Source: Candidatus Cloacimonadota bacterium | GTDB taxonomy: Bacteria > Cloacimonadota > Cloacimonadia > JGIOTU-2 | NCBI GenBank assembly: GCA_049903315.1 | Contig: JBNGBT010000003.1 | Coordinates: 96,001-160,000 of the forward strand | DNA length: 64,000 nt | Direction: 5' to 3' | Shown here: piece by piece, positions 1-9,176 of the stretch | Layout: every line of letters starts with the position of its first letter | Numbering within the stretch: position 1 is the first letter of the stretch | Position numbers and translations under genes: made by a program | The notes under the pieces: model-generated | What the model was told of the DNA's origin: nothing | Databases searched by the model: none | What the model saw: only the letters and a program-made list of their open reading frames with translations

Positions 1-933
1 ATATGCGATTACAAGCCCGTCCGCAGTTGCGCCGTAATGATTGGTCGTTTCAAATCCCTTCACATGAAGGCGCCCAAAGCCACCAGTTGCAATGATAGTA
101 GCTTTGGCTTTAACTGTGTAATAGTTCCTATTTTCGAGATGGTACAGCACTGCACCTGCGACATTTCCCTTATCGTCTTTAATCAGTTCAACTGCTGGCT
201 GATGCTCGAGAATCTTAATTTTATCAGGCCTGTTAAGTATCTCATCACGGATAGTTCTGCAAATCGCTGCGCCAGTGTAGTCCCGGGCAGAATGCATACG
301 GGGACGGCATGTGCCGCCGCCTGGTTTTGTGAGCATTGTTCCTTCTTCAGTCCTGTCAAACATAACACCGAGATCCTGAAGCCAGTGTATCGCATCTGGA
401 GCTTCTGAGACCAATGCTTTGACCAGTGCGGGGACATTATCAAAGTGTCCGCCACCCATCACATCGAGATAATGAAGGATAGGATTGTCATCAGGAAGAA
501 CTGCTGCCTGGATTCCACCCTGAGCCATCATTGAGTTGGAATCCCCGATTCGAAGCTTTGTAACGAGAAGGACATCCGCTCCGTTTTCTGCTGCGAGAAG
601 TGATGCGGAAAAACCAGCAGAACCTGCCCCAATAACGAGGACATCGGTTTCATAGTCAGGATGTTTCAGGTCGAAAAAGTTCGGCTTGATCCTCGAATAA
701 GCCTCGAGTTGATCAACGACTTCGGTCGTAATAGTCTCGCCTTTGTTCGGTCCGATACGCACTTTTTTGCGTGCATCTTTCTTATAGTCAGGATGGAAAT
801 TATCAAGCACTTCCTGCCGTTCTTCCGCAGACATCATCGGGAAGATCGATTTACCTGAACGTGCGAGTTTCAATCGCTCCGGTCGTGTTTTTTCGACTTT
901 TCTGATCGATTTGCGCATATATTCTGGATACAT
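1..933 (-). CDS. FAD-dependent succinate dehydrogenase/fumarate reductase-family flavoprotein subunit (5' part; runs off the left edge)
   Basis: Not in the ORF track. Manual translation from ATG at 933 (AGGAG upstream) gives MYPEYMRKSIRK..., Rossmann motif ETDVLVIGAGSAG, DSNSMMAQGGIQAA, GGGHFDN and IIATGGFGRLH...TTNHYGATADG, typical of the SdhA/FrdA/TfrA/NadB family. Confidence 0.85.
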   Translation of the reverse strand, partial: MYPEYMRKSIRKVEKTRPERLKLARSGKSIFPMMSAEERQEVLDNFHPDYKKDARKKVRIGPNKGETITTEVVDQLEAYSRIKPNFFDLKHPDYETDVLVIGAGSAGFSASLLAAENGADVLLVTKLRIGDSNSMMAQGGIQAAVLPDDNPILHYLDVMGGGHFDNVPALVKALVSEAPDAIHWLQDLGVMFDRTEEGTMLTKPGGGTCRPRMHSARDYTGAAICRTIRDEILNRPDKIKILEHQPAVELIKDDKGNVAGAVLYHLENRNYYTVKAKATIIATGGFGRLHVKGFETTNHYGATADGLVIAY

Positions 934-957
934 ATCTATTCTCCTAAACTTTTAAAT

Positions 958-1644
958 TTATCCTGTTTTAATATCGCGATCATAATATCGCTTTTTTATG
1001 GTTTCTGCATCAGATTTCTCGAGTTTTTGAAGTTCATCTTCATACAGTCCCTCTGCAATTTCTTTAACTCGATTTTCAAGGTCTGGGCTTTTGGGAAGAA
1101 GATACTTTCCTGTAAGACGGCGAGCAAGGATGGCTGCATTATATTGTACGATTTCTGCAGGGCATCTCAGCGCACATAATCCACAGCGGATACAGTCAAA
1201 TGAAAGATCTGCTGCTCTGGCAACATCACCCCGGATAAGTGCCTGCACATAATCCATCACTTCGATATCCTGAGGGCATATCTTCGTACAAGTATTGCAT
1301 CCCACACATCTGAACAGTGTCGGATAAAGTGTTTTGAAAGCATCGATATCAGGATCAACTTTATTAATATCGTAAATGGACTTTTCGGCAGGAACAAACG
1401 GAATCTGAGCGATGTTCATTCCGTCTGTGACAACAGTCTGGCATGCAAGACCTGCCTGCAATTTATAGTCACCCTTTTCTCTATACAAGGTTCCGCATGC
1501 ACCACAAAAACCTTCTCGACAACCGACACCAACCGTCAGCTGAAAGCCTGCATACTCCAATGCACCGATTATGGTTGACCCTTCTGGCACATCAAAACCT
1601 TCCCCTAAAATATATACTTTCACCATGGGAACGTTCTTAGGCAT
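958..1644 (-). CDS. Sdh/Frd-type iron-sulfur subunit (2Fe-2S plus 4Fe-4S dicluster)
   Basis: GCREGFCGAC...LACQT 2Fe-2S motif; CVGCNTCTKICP and CIRCGLCALRCP; directly upstream of the flavoprotein. Confidence 0.85.
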   Translation of the reverse strand: MPKNVPMVKVYILGEGFDVPEGSTIIGALEYAGFQLTVGVGCREGFCGACGTLYREKGDYKLQAGLACQTVVTDGMNIAQIPFVPAEKSIYDINKVDPDIDAFKTLYPTLFRCVGCNTCTKICPQDIEVMDYVQALIRGDVARAADLSFDCIRCGLCALRCPAEIVQYNAAILARRLTGKYLLPKSPDLENRVKEIAEGLYEDELQKLEKSDAETIKKRYYDRDIKTG

Positions 1645-1749
1645 TATGATTCCTCCTGCTATTTATAATAATCGTTGAAACATAAAAACTGCACATTGCA
1701 AAGTCTACATTCATTTATTCAGTCCTTTCGATATCATGACTAATTTTGT

Positions 1750-2166
1750 TCATGTACAATCAATCTTAGGAATTGGACCTAATTTCTTGATTTGTTCAGT
1801 AAATTCTTTCATGCTGTTTGCAAATTTTTTTCCTTCGCTTGCAGATATCCATTCCAGTCGAAGACGATTGGGATTCAACCCGAGTTGTTCCAGTACTTTT
1901 TTCAGCAATATCACTCTTCTTTTCGTTTTATAATTACCACTTTGATAATGACAGTCACCGGGATGACATCCGCCTATGAATACACCGTCGCATCCTTTGC
2001 TGAATGCAAGGAGTACATGCTGCGGATCTACACGTGACGAGCAGAGTGTTTTTATCACCACGCCATTTGGCGGATATTTCATGCGTGATGTGCCGGCAAG
2101 GTCTGCACCGGAATAGGTACACCATTTACATAAGAAACAGACAATTTTTGGTTCAAAATCTTTCAT
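1750..2166 (-). CDS. mvhD: MvhD-type 2Fe-2S adaptor (methyl-viologen-reducing hydrogenase delta subunit family)
   Basis: FLCKWCTYSGADLAGTSR, CSSRVDP, GCHPGDCHY, WISASEG; start refined to MKDFEPKI at 2166. Confidence 0.92.
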   Translation of the reverse strand: MKDFEPKIVCFLCKWCTYSGADLAGTSRMKYPPNGVVIKTLCSSRVDPQHVLLAFSKGCDGVFIGGCHPGDCHYQSGNYKTKRRVILLKKVLEQLGLNPNRLRLEWISASEGKKFANSMKEFTEQIKKLGPIPKIDCT

Positions 2167-2200
2167 GAGATTTCCTACCCCACATGTATATTGGGCGAGC

Positions 2201-4156
2201 TTAAATGCCGCTCGCAATTATCTTGATCATATTATCAATCTGATTATCAGTAAGATTTTTCTGCTGCGCAGCGCCGGAAGGACATGCGCTGATACACGCG
2301 CCGCAACCTTCACAGAGTATTTCGTTCACTTCCACGATTTTGGAAACTTGGTTCAATTTTCGTGCGCCGTACGGGCAGGTTCCCACACAAATCGTACAAC
2401 CGGAGCAAAGGTCTTCATCAACAGATGCTATTATTGGCGAGTGATAGATCTTGTCGCTAGACAACAGAATAAGGGCTTTCGCAGCAGCACCAGAAGCCTG
2501 TGATACAGAATCGGGAATGTCACGAGGTCCCTGCGAAGTCCCTGCAAAATAAAATCCAGCTTGCAGACTTTCTACAGGACGCAATTTCGGATGAGCTTCA
2601 GTTAGGAATCCCTTATCATCAGTGTTGATCTTCAGATTTTTTACGAGATCATGAGAACCCTCGCTTGGCACGATTCCCATTGCAAGAACAACGAGATCGG
2701 CTTTTACTTCGATCTTTTTTCCGCTGAGCGTATCCATACCCATTACGATCATTTTGTCGCCTTCTTTATATATCTTAGCTACTTTACCACGGATATAGAG
2801 GATACCTTCTTCGGACACTGCCTGCTGGACAAATTCCTCATAACGTTTACCTCCTGCCCTGATATCAATGTAAAAGATATAGGGCTGTCCGTTGTGGATC
2901 TTGTGTTTATAAAGTTTCGCATGCTTGAGCGTGTACATGCAGCAAATTTTCGAGCAATAGGAAAGATGATGTTCCGGATCGCGGGAACCGGAGCATTGGA
3001 CAAAGACTATCTCTTTCGGAACTTTGCCGTCAGAGGGTCGATATATTTCACCGCCTGTTGGACCCGTTGCAGAGAGGATTCTCTCGAACTGCAAACTTGT
3101 AATTACATCCGGATATTTTCCATATCCATATTCTGGGATTTTTTCGACAGGATAAAGGTCAAAACCGGTTGCTACAATTACTGCACCTATTTCTTCTTCA
3201 ATAATAGTCTCTTTTGCATCATAATTTATTGCTTCCGCAGTACATTTCTCACGACATTTTCCGCATGCAATAGGTTCTAAGCCGAGGCAATTTTCCACAT
3301 CAAGTGTATAGGTTGCAGGGATTGCTTGCGGGAATGGAATATAAATTGCCTTACGCCATTCGAGTCCTTCCTCTTGCTCGCTTGGAACGAGCACGGGGCA
3401 CACCTCAGTGCAATCGTCACAGAGATTGCATTTAGCAGGATCAACATATAGTGCTTTACGCTTGATCTTTACATTAAAATTACCAATATATCCGTTAATG
3501 CTTTCCACTTCGCTATTTACATAGAGTTTGATATTTTTATGTTTGCTCAATGCCACCATTTTCGGAGTAAGAATGCACTGGGAGCAGTCGAGTGTGGGGA
3601 AGGTTTCAGAAAGCTGTATCATGTGCCCGCCGATTGAAGGCTTCTTTTCGACCATTATTACTTTGAAGCCTGCATCTGCAATATCAAGTGCTGCTTGGAT
3701 ACCGGAAATACCTCCGCCTATAACAAGAGCTTTCTTTGTAACAGGAGCAGAAACAGGATAAAGGGATTCATTCAGTTTAAGTTTTTCAATACCTGTTTTA
3801 ATGATCAATTTTGCTTTATGTGTTCCCTGCTCGATGTCGTTATGGACCCAACTGCATTGCTCGCGGATATTCGCGATCTCCATCTGGTATTCATTAAGAC
3901 CGGATTCCTTCATTACAGTCTGGAACGTGGATTCGTGTAAGGTCGGGGAGCATGCAGCAACGACCACACCGCCCAGTTTGTGTTCTTGGATTGCATTCTT
4001 AATATGATTCTGTCCGGGATCTGAGCACATGAACATATAGTTTTCAATATAGGTAACTCCCGGATAATCAAGCAGTTCTTCGGTGAGTCTTTCGACATCA
4101 ACTGTATCTTTAATGTTTATACCGCAATGGCAAATAAAAACGCCGATTCTTTTCAT
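2201..4156 (-). CDS. hdrA: Heterodisulfide reductase subunit A (FAD, Fe-S)
   Basis: RIGVFICHCG, VAACSP, ANIREQCSW, VIGGGISG, TFPTLDCSQC, inserted ferredoxin, QFER, YCSKICCMYTLK, C-terminal ferredoxin. Confidence 0.95.
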   Translation of the reverse strand: MKRIGVFICHCGINIKDTVDVERLTEELLDYPGVTYIENYMFMCSDPGQNHIKNAIQEHKLGGVVVAACSPTLHESTFQTVMKESGLNEYQMEIANIREQCSWVHNDIEQGTHKAKLIIKTGIEKLKLNESLYPVSAPVTKKALVIGGGISGIQAALDIADAGFKVIMVEKKPSIGGHMIQLSETFPTLDCSQCILTPKMVALSKHKNIKLYVNSEVESINGYIGNFNVKIKRKALYVDPAKCNLCDDCTEVCPVLVPSEQEEGLEWRKAIYIPFPQAIPATYTLDVENCLGLEPIACGKCREKCTAEAINYDAKETIIEEEIGAVIVATGFDLYPVEKIPEYGYGKYPDVITSLQFERILSATGPTGGEIYRPSDGKVPKEIVFVQCSGSRDPEHHLSYCSKICCMYTLKHAKLYKHKIHNGQPYIFYIDIRAGGKRYEEFVQQAVSEEGILYIRGKVAKIYKEGDKMIVMGMDTLSGKKIEVKADLVVLAMGIVPSEGSHDLVKNLKINTDDKGFLTEAHPKLRPVESLQAGFYFAGTSQGPRDIPDSVSQASGAAAKALILLSSDKIYHSPIIASVDEDLCSGCTICVGTCPYGARKLNQVSKIVEVNEILCEGCGACISACPSGAAQQKNLTDNQIDNMIKIIASGI

Positions 4157-4165
4157 TATAATCCT

Positions 4166-5044
4166 TTACATTAAACCTTTTTCTTTAAGCAGGGGCTCGG
4201 GATTGACATAATGTAGTTTCTTCCAGTCCTTATTCCATTTCTGCCCAAGTGCAATTGCCATGAGTTCTGTAAAATAGAAAACAGGCATGGGTGTAAATTC
4301 CAAAAATTCTTTAGATGTTTCTTTCTGTCGCTGATCGAGGTTGAATGCACATAGCGGACAGCTTGTGATAAGTGCTTCACAACCAGCATCGCGTGCGGAG
4401 TTTATGATCTCATAAGTCCTTTTTACCGTCACATCTGTTTCGATAATGGTTTGATATGCTCCGCAGCATTCCAGCCGGTAAGGAAATACAACACCCTCGC
4501 CGCCAAGTGTATTCACAAGCTCTTCCATAATAGTGGGATCTTCATAATCATCTATTGCAAGTTCTTTCGGGCGTACAAGAAGGCATCCGTAATATGCGCC
4601 GATCTTCATATCTTTAAGGGGTTTTGTAATCTTTTCCTTGATTCCCTCAAAAGTAATTCTATTCTTGAGAATGCTCAGAAGATGCACAACATCTGTCGTC
4701 CCCTTGAATTTTGAATCTTCTTTGTACATGAAGTCATTGACTTTACGCAGATTTTCTTCATCATTAAGAATGAATTCCTTTGCCCTTTTCAGTGTATTAT
4801 AGCACATACTGCACAAAGTTACAAGTTCATCATATCCCTGATTCTCAGCGCGGAGAAGATTTCTGATCGAAGAAAGCTGAAGCATGAGGTCATCTGTCGT
4901 CATTGAGAATACAGTGCCGCAACAGATCCAATTTTCCATCTCTTCTAACGGTTGTCCGAGCACTTCCATGACTTGCATAGCGGATTCTTCAAAATGCTTG
5001 GCATTTGTCTTCAGAGTGCAACCCGGGAAATATCCAAGTTTCAT
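4166..5044 (-). CDS. hdrB: Heterodisulfide reductase subunit B (two CCG domains)
   Basis: YFPGC, WICCG, CSMC, YYGC, ECCG, SCPLC. Confidence 0.93.
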   Translation of the reverse strand: MKLGYFPGCTLKTNAKHFEESAMQVMEVLGQPLEEMENWICCGTVFSMTTDDLMLQLSSIRNLLRAENQGYDELVTLCSMCYNTLKRAKEFILNDEENLRKVNDFMYKEDSKFKGTTDVVHLLSILKNRITFEGIKEKITKPLKDMKIGAYYGCLLVRPKELAIDDYEDPTIMEELVNTLGGEGVVFPYRLECCGAYQTIIETDVTVKRTYEIINSARDAGCEALITSCPLCAFNLDQRQKETSKEFLEFTPMPVFYFTELMAIALGQKWNKDWKKLHYVNPEPLLKEKGLM

Positions 5045-5110
5045 ACGTTTGTTCCTTTAATAATTTTCATACAAACTAATATAATTATTTTTAATATTCA
5101 TCATCAACTT

Positions 5111-5518
5111 CTAACCTGTAAGTTTGCGAAATGCGCTGACCAATGCAATTTGCGGAAGGTCTTTCAGCTCTTTTGATGAAAGGTCTTCGGGTTTAAGTGT
5201 ACCCCCCCGCTGGCGAAGATTGATAGTGCGAAGCGCTTCCATAACTTGTGCAACCTCTATGCCTTTTGGACAGCGTGTCGAGCACTGCAGGCATGTCGAG
5301 CATATCCAGATAGTTTTTGAGTTAAGTAATTCATCGACGCAGCCGAGTTGAGCAAGACGAATAACCTGGTTGGGAGGTAAGTCCATGTAATCAGTAACAG
5401 GGCAGCCGGACGAACAAATTCCGCATTGATAACAATCAAATACATTCTGTCCGGAGATTTCTTCAATTTTATCAACAAGAGAATTCTTTATATTTTCGCG
5501 GGTGATCTTTAAACTCAT
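5111..5518 (-). CDS. hdrC: Heterodisulfide reductase subunit C (4Fe-4S dicluster)
   Basis: CYQCGICSSGCP and WICSTCLQCSTRCP; adjacent to hdrB. Confidence 0.92.
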   Translation of the reverse strand: MSLKITRENIKNSLVDKIEEISGQNVFDCYQCGICSSGCPVTDYMDLPPNQVIRLAQLGCVDELLNSKTIWICSTCLQCSTRCPKGIEVAQVMEALRTINLRQRGGTLKPEDLSSKELKDLPQIALVSAFRKLTG

Positions 5519-6057
5519 TATTGTTCCTCATTATAATCATAACCTGCCTGAAATGCTTTCATGTTCAGGTCTTTGAATTTACTGGGTACAGAATCAGAGA
5601 TAGCTTCCTTCATTGCATCAGGAGATACTATCTTTGCCTGTTTTGTTGCGAATCCCAGCATAACTATGTTTGCCACGATCTTTTTACCAAGTTCTTCAGC
5701 AAGACGGGTTGCAGGAATTCCTTTTGCAATAAAATCTTTATGTGACTGTATCTTCTCCACAAGATCAGTATCATACAAAAGGATACCGCCATTTTTCAGG
5801 ATCGGAAGAAAGGTATCATATCCTTCCTGGGACATTGCAAGGAGAACATCGGCACTATCAACAAGCGGGTATTCAACATTTTGGGATGAAATGACAACCT
5901 GCGAGCTACAAGCGCCACCACGAGCTTCCGGTCCGTATGCCTGGGTCATGGAAGAGTGTTTCTGATCATATATTGAAGCTGCTTTTCCAACAATGAAGGC
6001 TGAGAGGATAATGCCCTGTCCGCCAAATCCTGATATTTTAACTCTGAGTTCGCTCAT
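5518..6057 (-). CDS. korC: 2-oxoacid:ferredoxin oxidoreductase gamma subunit
   Basis: SGFGGQG, QAYGPEARGG, ANIVMLG. 2-oxoglutarate specificity is inferred from the sucCD/fum context. Confidence 0.88.
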   Translation of the reverse strand: MSELRVKISGFGGQGIILSAFIVGKAASIYDQKHSSMTQAYGPEARGGACSSQVVISSQNVEYPLVDSADVLLAMSQEGYDTFLPILKNGGILLYDTDLVEKIQSHKDFIAKGIPATRLAEELGKKIVANIVMLGFATKQAKIVSPDAMKEAISDSVPSKFKDLNMKAFQAGYDYNEEQ

Positions 6058-6074
6058 GTATTGCTCCTGACAAA

Positions 6075-7007
6075 TTAAAAATCTCTACTTGCTGTATATT
6101 TTCGATCTTTTCTATGTGTAATTTTTCTGGAATTGCTTTGCATCTCTTCCCAGTTTGAAAACTTTGCTAACCGGGTTTTAATACCAGCCTGGACATTTTC
6201 CCAGAAAGTGGGTCTGTCTTCATTTACAAATTCACCACACACGATCTCATTATCCATGCTGAGAGGTATTTGTGTTGGGTCAGCTTCATGGTTTATAATA
6301 GCTCGTGTCTGGAATTCTTTAAGCAGATCCAGCCCTGTTCCACCCTTATTTTTACGCGCAAAAACCGTTGCACAGGGAGAGACTATCTCTATAAAGCAGA
6401 AACCTTTTTTGTTGGCAGCCCTCGCAATTGAATCTGTCAAACGACGGGCATGCATTGTGGTCCAGCGAGCTACATAACTTGCGCCTGCAGCAGCTGCAAG
6501 CCCAACCAGATTAAAGGGCATCTCATAGTTGCCGTATGGAGCGGTCGAACTATAAGCGCCAAGTGGAGTAGTAGGGGCGTTTTGCCCACCGGTCATGCCA
6601 TATATGAAATTGTTCACACAGATCACATTAATATCTACATTTCTTCTTGCTGCATGGATGAGATGGTTTCCACCGATTGCAAAGAGGTCACCGTCCCCAG
6701 AAAATACAAATACTGTAAGATCGCGATTTGCGAGTTTCAGCCCTGTCGCAAAAGGTATTGCTCGACCGTGAGTCGTATGATAAGAATCAAGCCGAAGATA
6801 GCCGGCAACTCGACCGGTACAGCCGATGCCCGACACTATTGCTGTTTTATCATAAGACACGCCTGCTTTTTTCAAACCTTCTATAAAGGTTGTCACTGCT
6901 GAGCCAAGCCCACACCCGGAGCACCAGATATGAGGCATTCTATCCATTCTCAGGAGATCTTCCATTGGATGGGATATTTCTTGTATTTGAGCTGTATTAT
7001 TTGCCAT
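6075..7007 (-). CDS. korB: 2-oxoacid:ferredoxin oxidoreductase beta subunit (TPP-binding)
   Basis: WCSGCG, SGIGC, HTTHGRA, GDGD...NN, YGMTGGQ; start refined to MANNTAQ at 7007. Confidence 0.9.
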   Translation of the reverse strand: MANNTAQIQEISHPMEDLLRMDRMPHIWCSGCGLGSAVTTFIEGLKKAGVSYDKTAIVSGIGCTGRVAGYLRLDSYHTTHGRAIPFATGLKLANRDLTVFVFSGDGDLFAIGGNHLIHAARRNVDINVICVNNFIYGMTGGQNAPTTPLGAYSSTAPYGNYEMPFNLVGLAAAAGASYVARWTTMHARRLTDSIARAANKKGFCFIEIVSPCATVFARKNKGGTGLDLLKEFQTRAIINHEADPTQIPLSMDNEIVCGEFVNEDRPTFWENVQAGIKTRLAKFSNWEEMQSNSRKITHRKDRKYTASRDF

Positions 7008-8154
7008 GTGCGACCTCTTCAATTGCGTGCAGCACGTCTTCAAATTTATGTATGCCGCCACCGGGATGTGGAACAAGTTTGACGTGTGAATTGTCATGTG
7101 AGCATCGTTCTACTTCGAGTGATATTTGCCCGAGATTCATTTCGGGAACGATAAAACCAGCCACTTTTCCTGAAAGTTTGCGTATTTTTTCTTCGGGGAA
7201 AGGCCATACTGTTTTTAAGCGTAAATATCCAACTTTAATTCCCTTTTTCTTTGCCATAGTTATCGCAGGGAGAACAGTGCGGGATGTAATTCCATAGGAA
7301 ATCACGATCACATCTGCACCTTTGATATCATATTCTTCAGTTAGAGAAATATCATTTATATTATTTTTGATTTTATTCACAAGCCTGGGCACGAGTTCTT
7401 CCTGGCATTCAACGGACATGTCTGGATAACCACGTCTGTCATGAGTGAGTCCTGTTGTATGATAGCGATATCCGTCACCAGCTTTTGCAAAATCAGGGAT
7501 TAGATTTTTACCATAATCATATGCGAGATAATCTGCTGGTTTTTTATTTGTATATTTCCTATTAATAATCTCAAGTTCTTCAATTGGGGGAATGATAACT
7601 TTCTCTGTCATGTGTCCTACGAGTGCGTCTGCCATAAGGAAAACTGGTAGTCTGTACTTTTCAGAAAAATTGAAAGCAGTTACTGTGAGATCAAAGAATT
7701 CCTGGGGTGAGTTCGGTACAAGAGAGATACTTCCGTAGTCACCATGTGAACCCCATCGAGCCTGCATCATATCTGATTGTCCCCAGGTGGTTGGAAGTCC
7801 TGTGGAAGGCGAACCTCTTTGTACATTGACCACTACGCATGGAGCTTCCATCATCATACCAAGACCGATGTTCTCGTTCATGAGCGAGATGCCCGGTCCA
7901 GATGTTGCGGTCATGGATTTCATGCCAGCCCACGAAGCGCCGAGTATTCCTGCCATTGATGCAATTTCGTCTTCATACTGTATAAATACTCCCTGAAGAA
8001 GCGGGAGTCTCATTGCCATACGTTCTGCAATTTCTGATGCGGGAGTTATAGGATAGCCCCCAAAGAAACGGCACCCGGCAGCAAGTGCACCTTCAGCACA
8101 GGCGATATCGCCCTGCATGAAAAATTCACCATGTAATCGTGATTCTTGGAACAC
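6997..8154 (-). CDS. korA: 2-oxoacid:ferredoxin oxidoreductase alpha subunit
   Basis: GYPITPASE, EDEIAS, TATSGPG, QRGSPSTGLPT; GTG start. Confidence 0.9.
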   Translation of the reverse strand: MFQESRLHGEFFMQGDIACAEGALAAGCRFFGGYPITPASEIAERMAMRLPLLQGVFIQYEDEIASMAGILGASWAGMKSMTATSGPGISLMNENIGLGMMMEAPCVVVNVQRGSPSTGLPTTWGQSDMMQARWGSHGDYGSISLVPNSPQEFFDLTVTAFNFSEKYRLPVFLMADALVGHMTEKVIIPPIEELEIINRKYTNKKPADYLAYDYGKNLIPDFAKAGDGYRYHTTGLTHDRRGYPDMSVECQEELVPRLVNKIKNNINDISLTEEYDIKGADVIVISYGITSRTVLPAITMAKKKGIKVGYLRLKTVWPFPEEKIRKLSGKVAGFIVPEMNLGQISLEVERCSHDNSHVKLVPHPGGGIHKFEDVLHAIEEVAHGK

Positions 8155-8414
8155 TATTCCTCCTTCTCAGTAACAAATATTGCAAAATCAGGACAGATCA
8201 TTTCACATAAGCCACAAAAAGTACACTTGTCCGGTTTTGCGACAACAGGAGGATGATATCCCTTTTTGTTAAAATCCTTGGAGAGTTCAAGTACATCTCT
8301 GGGACAGTACTCGATACAGAAGGAGCATCCTTTACATCGATCGGTGATGATATGGATTTCTCCGCATATTGTTTTGGGTTTTTCTTTCCCAAATGGCTTT
8401 TCCCAATATCTCAT
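8154..8414 (-). CDS. korD: 2-oxoacid:ferredoxin oxidoreductase delta subunit (2x4Fe-4S ferredoxin-like)
   Basis: CKGCSFCIEYCP and CTFCGLCEMICPDFAI. Confidence 0.88.
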   Translation of the reverse strand: MRYWEKPFGKEKPKTICGEIHIITDRCKGCSFCIEYCPRDVLELSKDFNKKGYHPPVVAKPDKCTFCGLCEMICPDFAIFVTEKEE

Positions 8415-8429
8415 TCAAAACTCCTTGGA

Positions 8430-8615
8430 GTTGATAATCGGAATTTGAAATTCTTCAATAGGCCGTAAAAATTTATATTTTCTTGAAACAAATACATTTA
8501 TTGAATCCTTTTTCAAGATTTTCAACCTGCTGTTCTTCGATAAATTATAATTTCTAATTTCAAAAATTTCTTTCGTATTTTATCTAGTTTCAAATTTCGA
8601 GTTTCAAGTTTCAAT
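8430..8615. repeat. Decayed element bounded by inverted arrays of ~7-bp repeats (GAAAYTY)
   Basis: Minus strand reads GAAACTT-GAAACTC-GAAATTT-GAAACTA at the fumarase-beta stop, and a complementary AATTTCAAATTCCGATTATC before korD. Confidence 0.55.
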
Positions 8616-9164
8616 TTTATATTTCTCGACACCTTCCTGATAGATGTCATTTCCATAAATATCATTTGCGACAATGCACGGAAAATCCTCGACTTTGAGT
8701 TCGCGAATTGCTTCAGTTCCGAGATCATCGTAAGCAATCACTTTTGCAGCAGTAATGGATTTGGCAACGACCACTGCAGCTCCGCCGATCGCAGCGAGAT
8801 ACACTGCCTTGTTCTTTTTCATGGAATCGATAACTGCCTGACTGCGAGGACCTTTGCCGATCATGCCTTTGAGTCCGACATCCATAAGTGCAGGTGCATA
8901 GGGGTCCATTCTATAGCTTGTGGTAGGACCTGCAGAACCGATCGGTTTTCCGGGAGGAGCCGGAGCAGGACCAACGTAATATATTATTTGCCCTTTTATA
9001 TCAAAGGGAAGTTCTTTTCCTGCTTCAACAAGATCGACCAACCGCTTGTGTGCTGCATCCCGCCCTGTGTAGATCGTTCCGGAAATAAGCACTTTGTCGC
9101 CGATAGAAAGTTTGGAAACATCTTCATCTGTCAAAGGAGTCTGCAATTTTACTGTCTGTGCCAT
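8604..9164 (-). CDS. Class I Fe-S fumarate hydratase, beta subunit
   Basis: GRDAAHKR, GPTTSYRMD, GMIGKG, DLGTEAI. Confidence 0.92.
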   Translation of the reverse strand: MAQTVKLQTPLTDEDVSKLSIGDKVLISGTIYTGRDAAHKRLVDLVEAGKELPFDIKGQIIYYVGPAPAPPGKPIGSAGPTTSYRMDPYAPALMDVGLKGMIGKGPRSQAVIDSMKKNKAVYLAAIGGAAVVVAKSITAAKVIAYDDLGTEAIRELKVEDFPCIVANDIYGNDIYQEGVEKYKIET

Positions 9165-9176
9165 GTGATTTCCTCC

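Noticed and set aside
1750..1752. TGA at the end of mvhD as possible selenocysteine readthrough
   Set aside because: The domain is already complete, the catalytic positions in MvhD and HdrA are ordinary Cys, and another stop follows 13 codons later.
2201..5518. Hdr genes as evidence of methanogenesis or archaeal origin
   Set aside because: The surrounding genes (TolC, FadL, miaB, SpoIID) are bacterial diderm genes, and HdrABC is widespread in anaerobic bacteria.
8522..8737. 71-aa ORF spanning the fumB end
   Set aside because: Overlaps fumB out of frame and merely translates the heptamer repeats.
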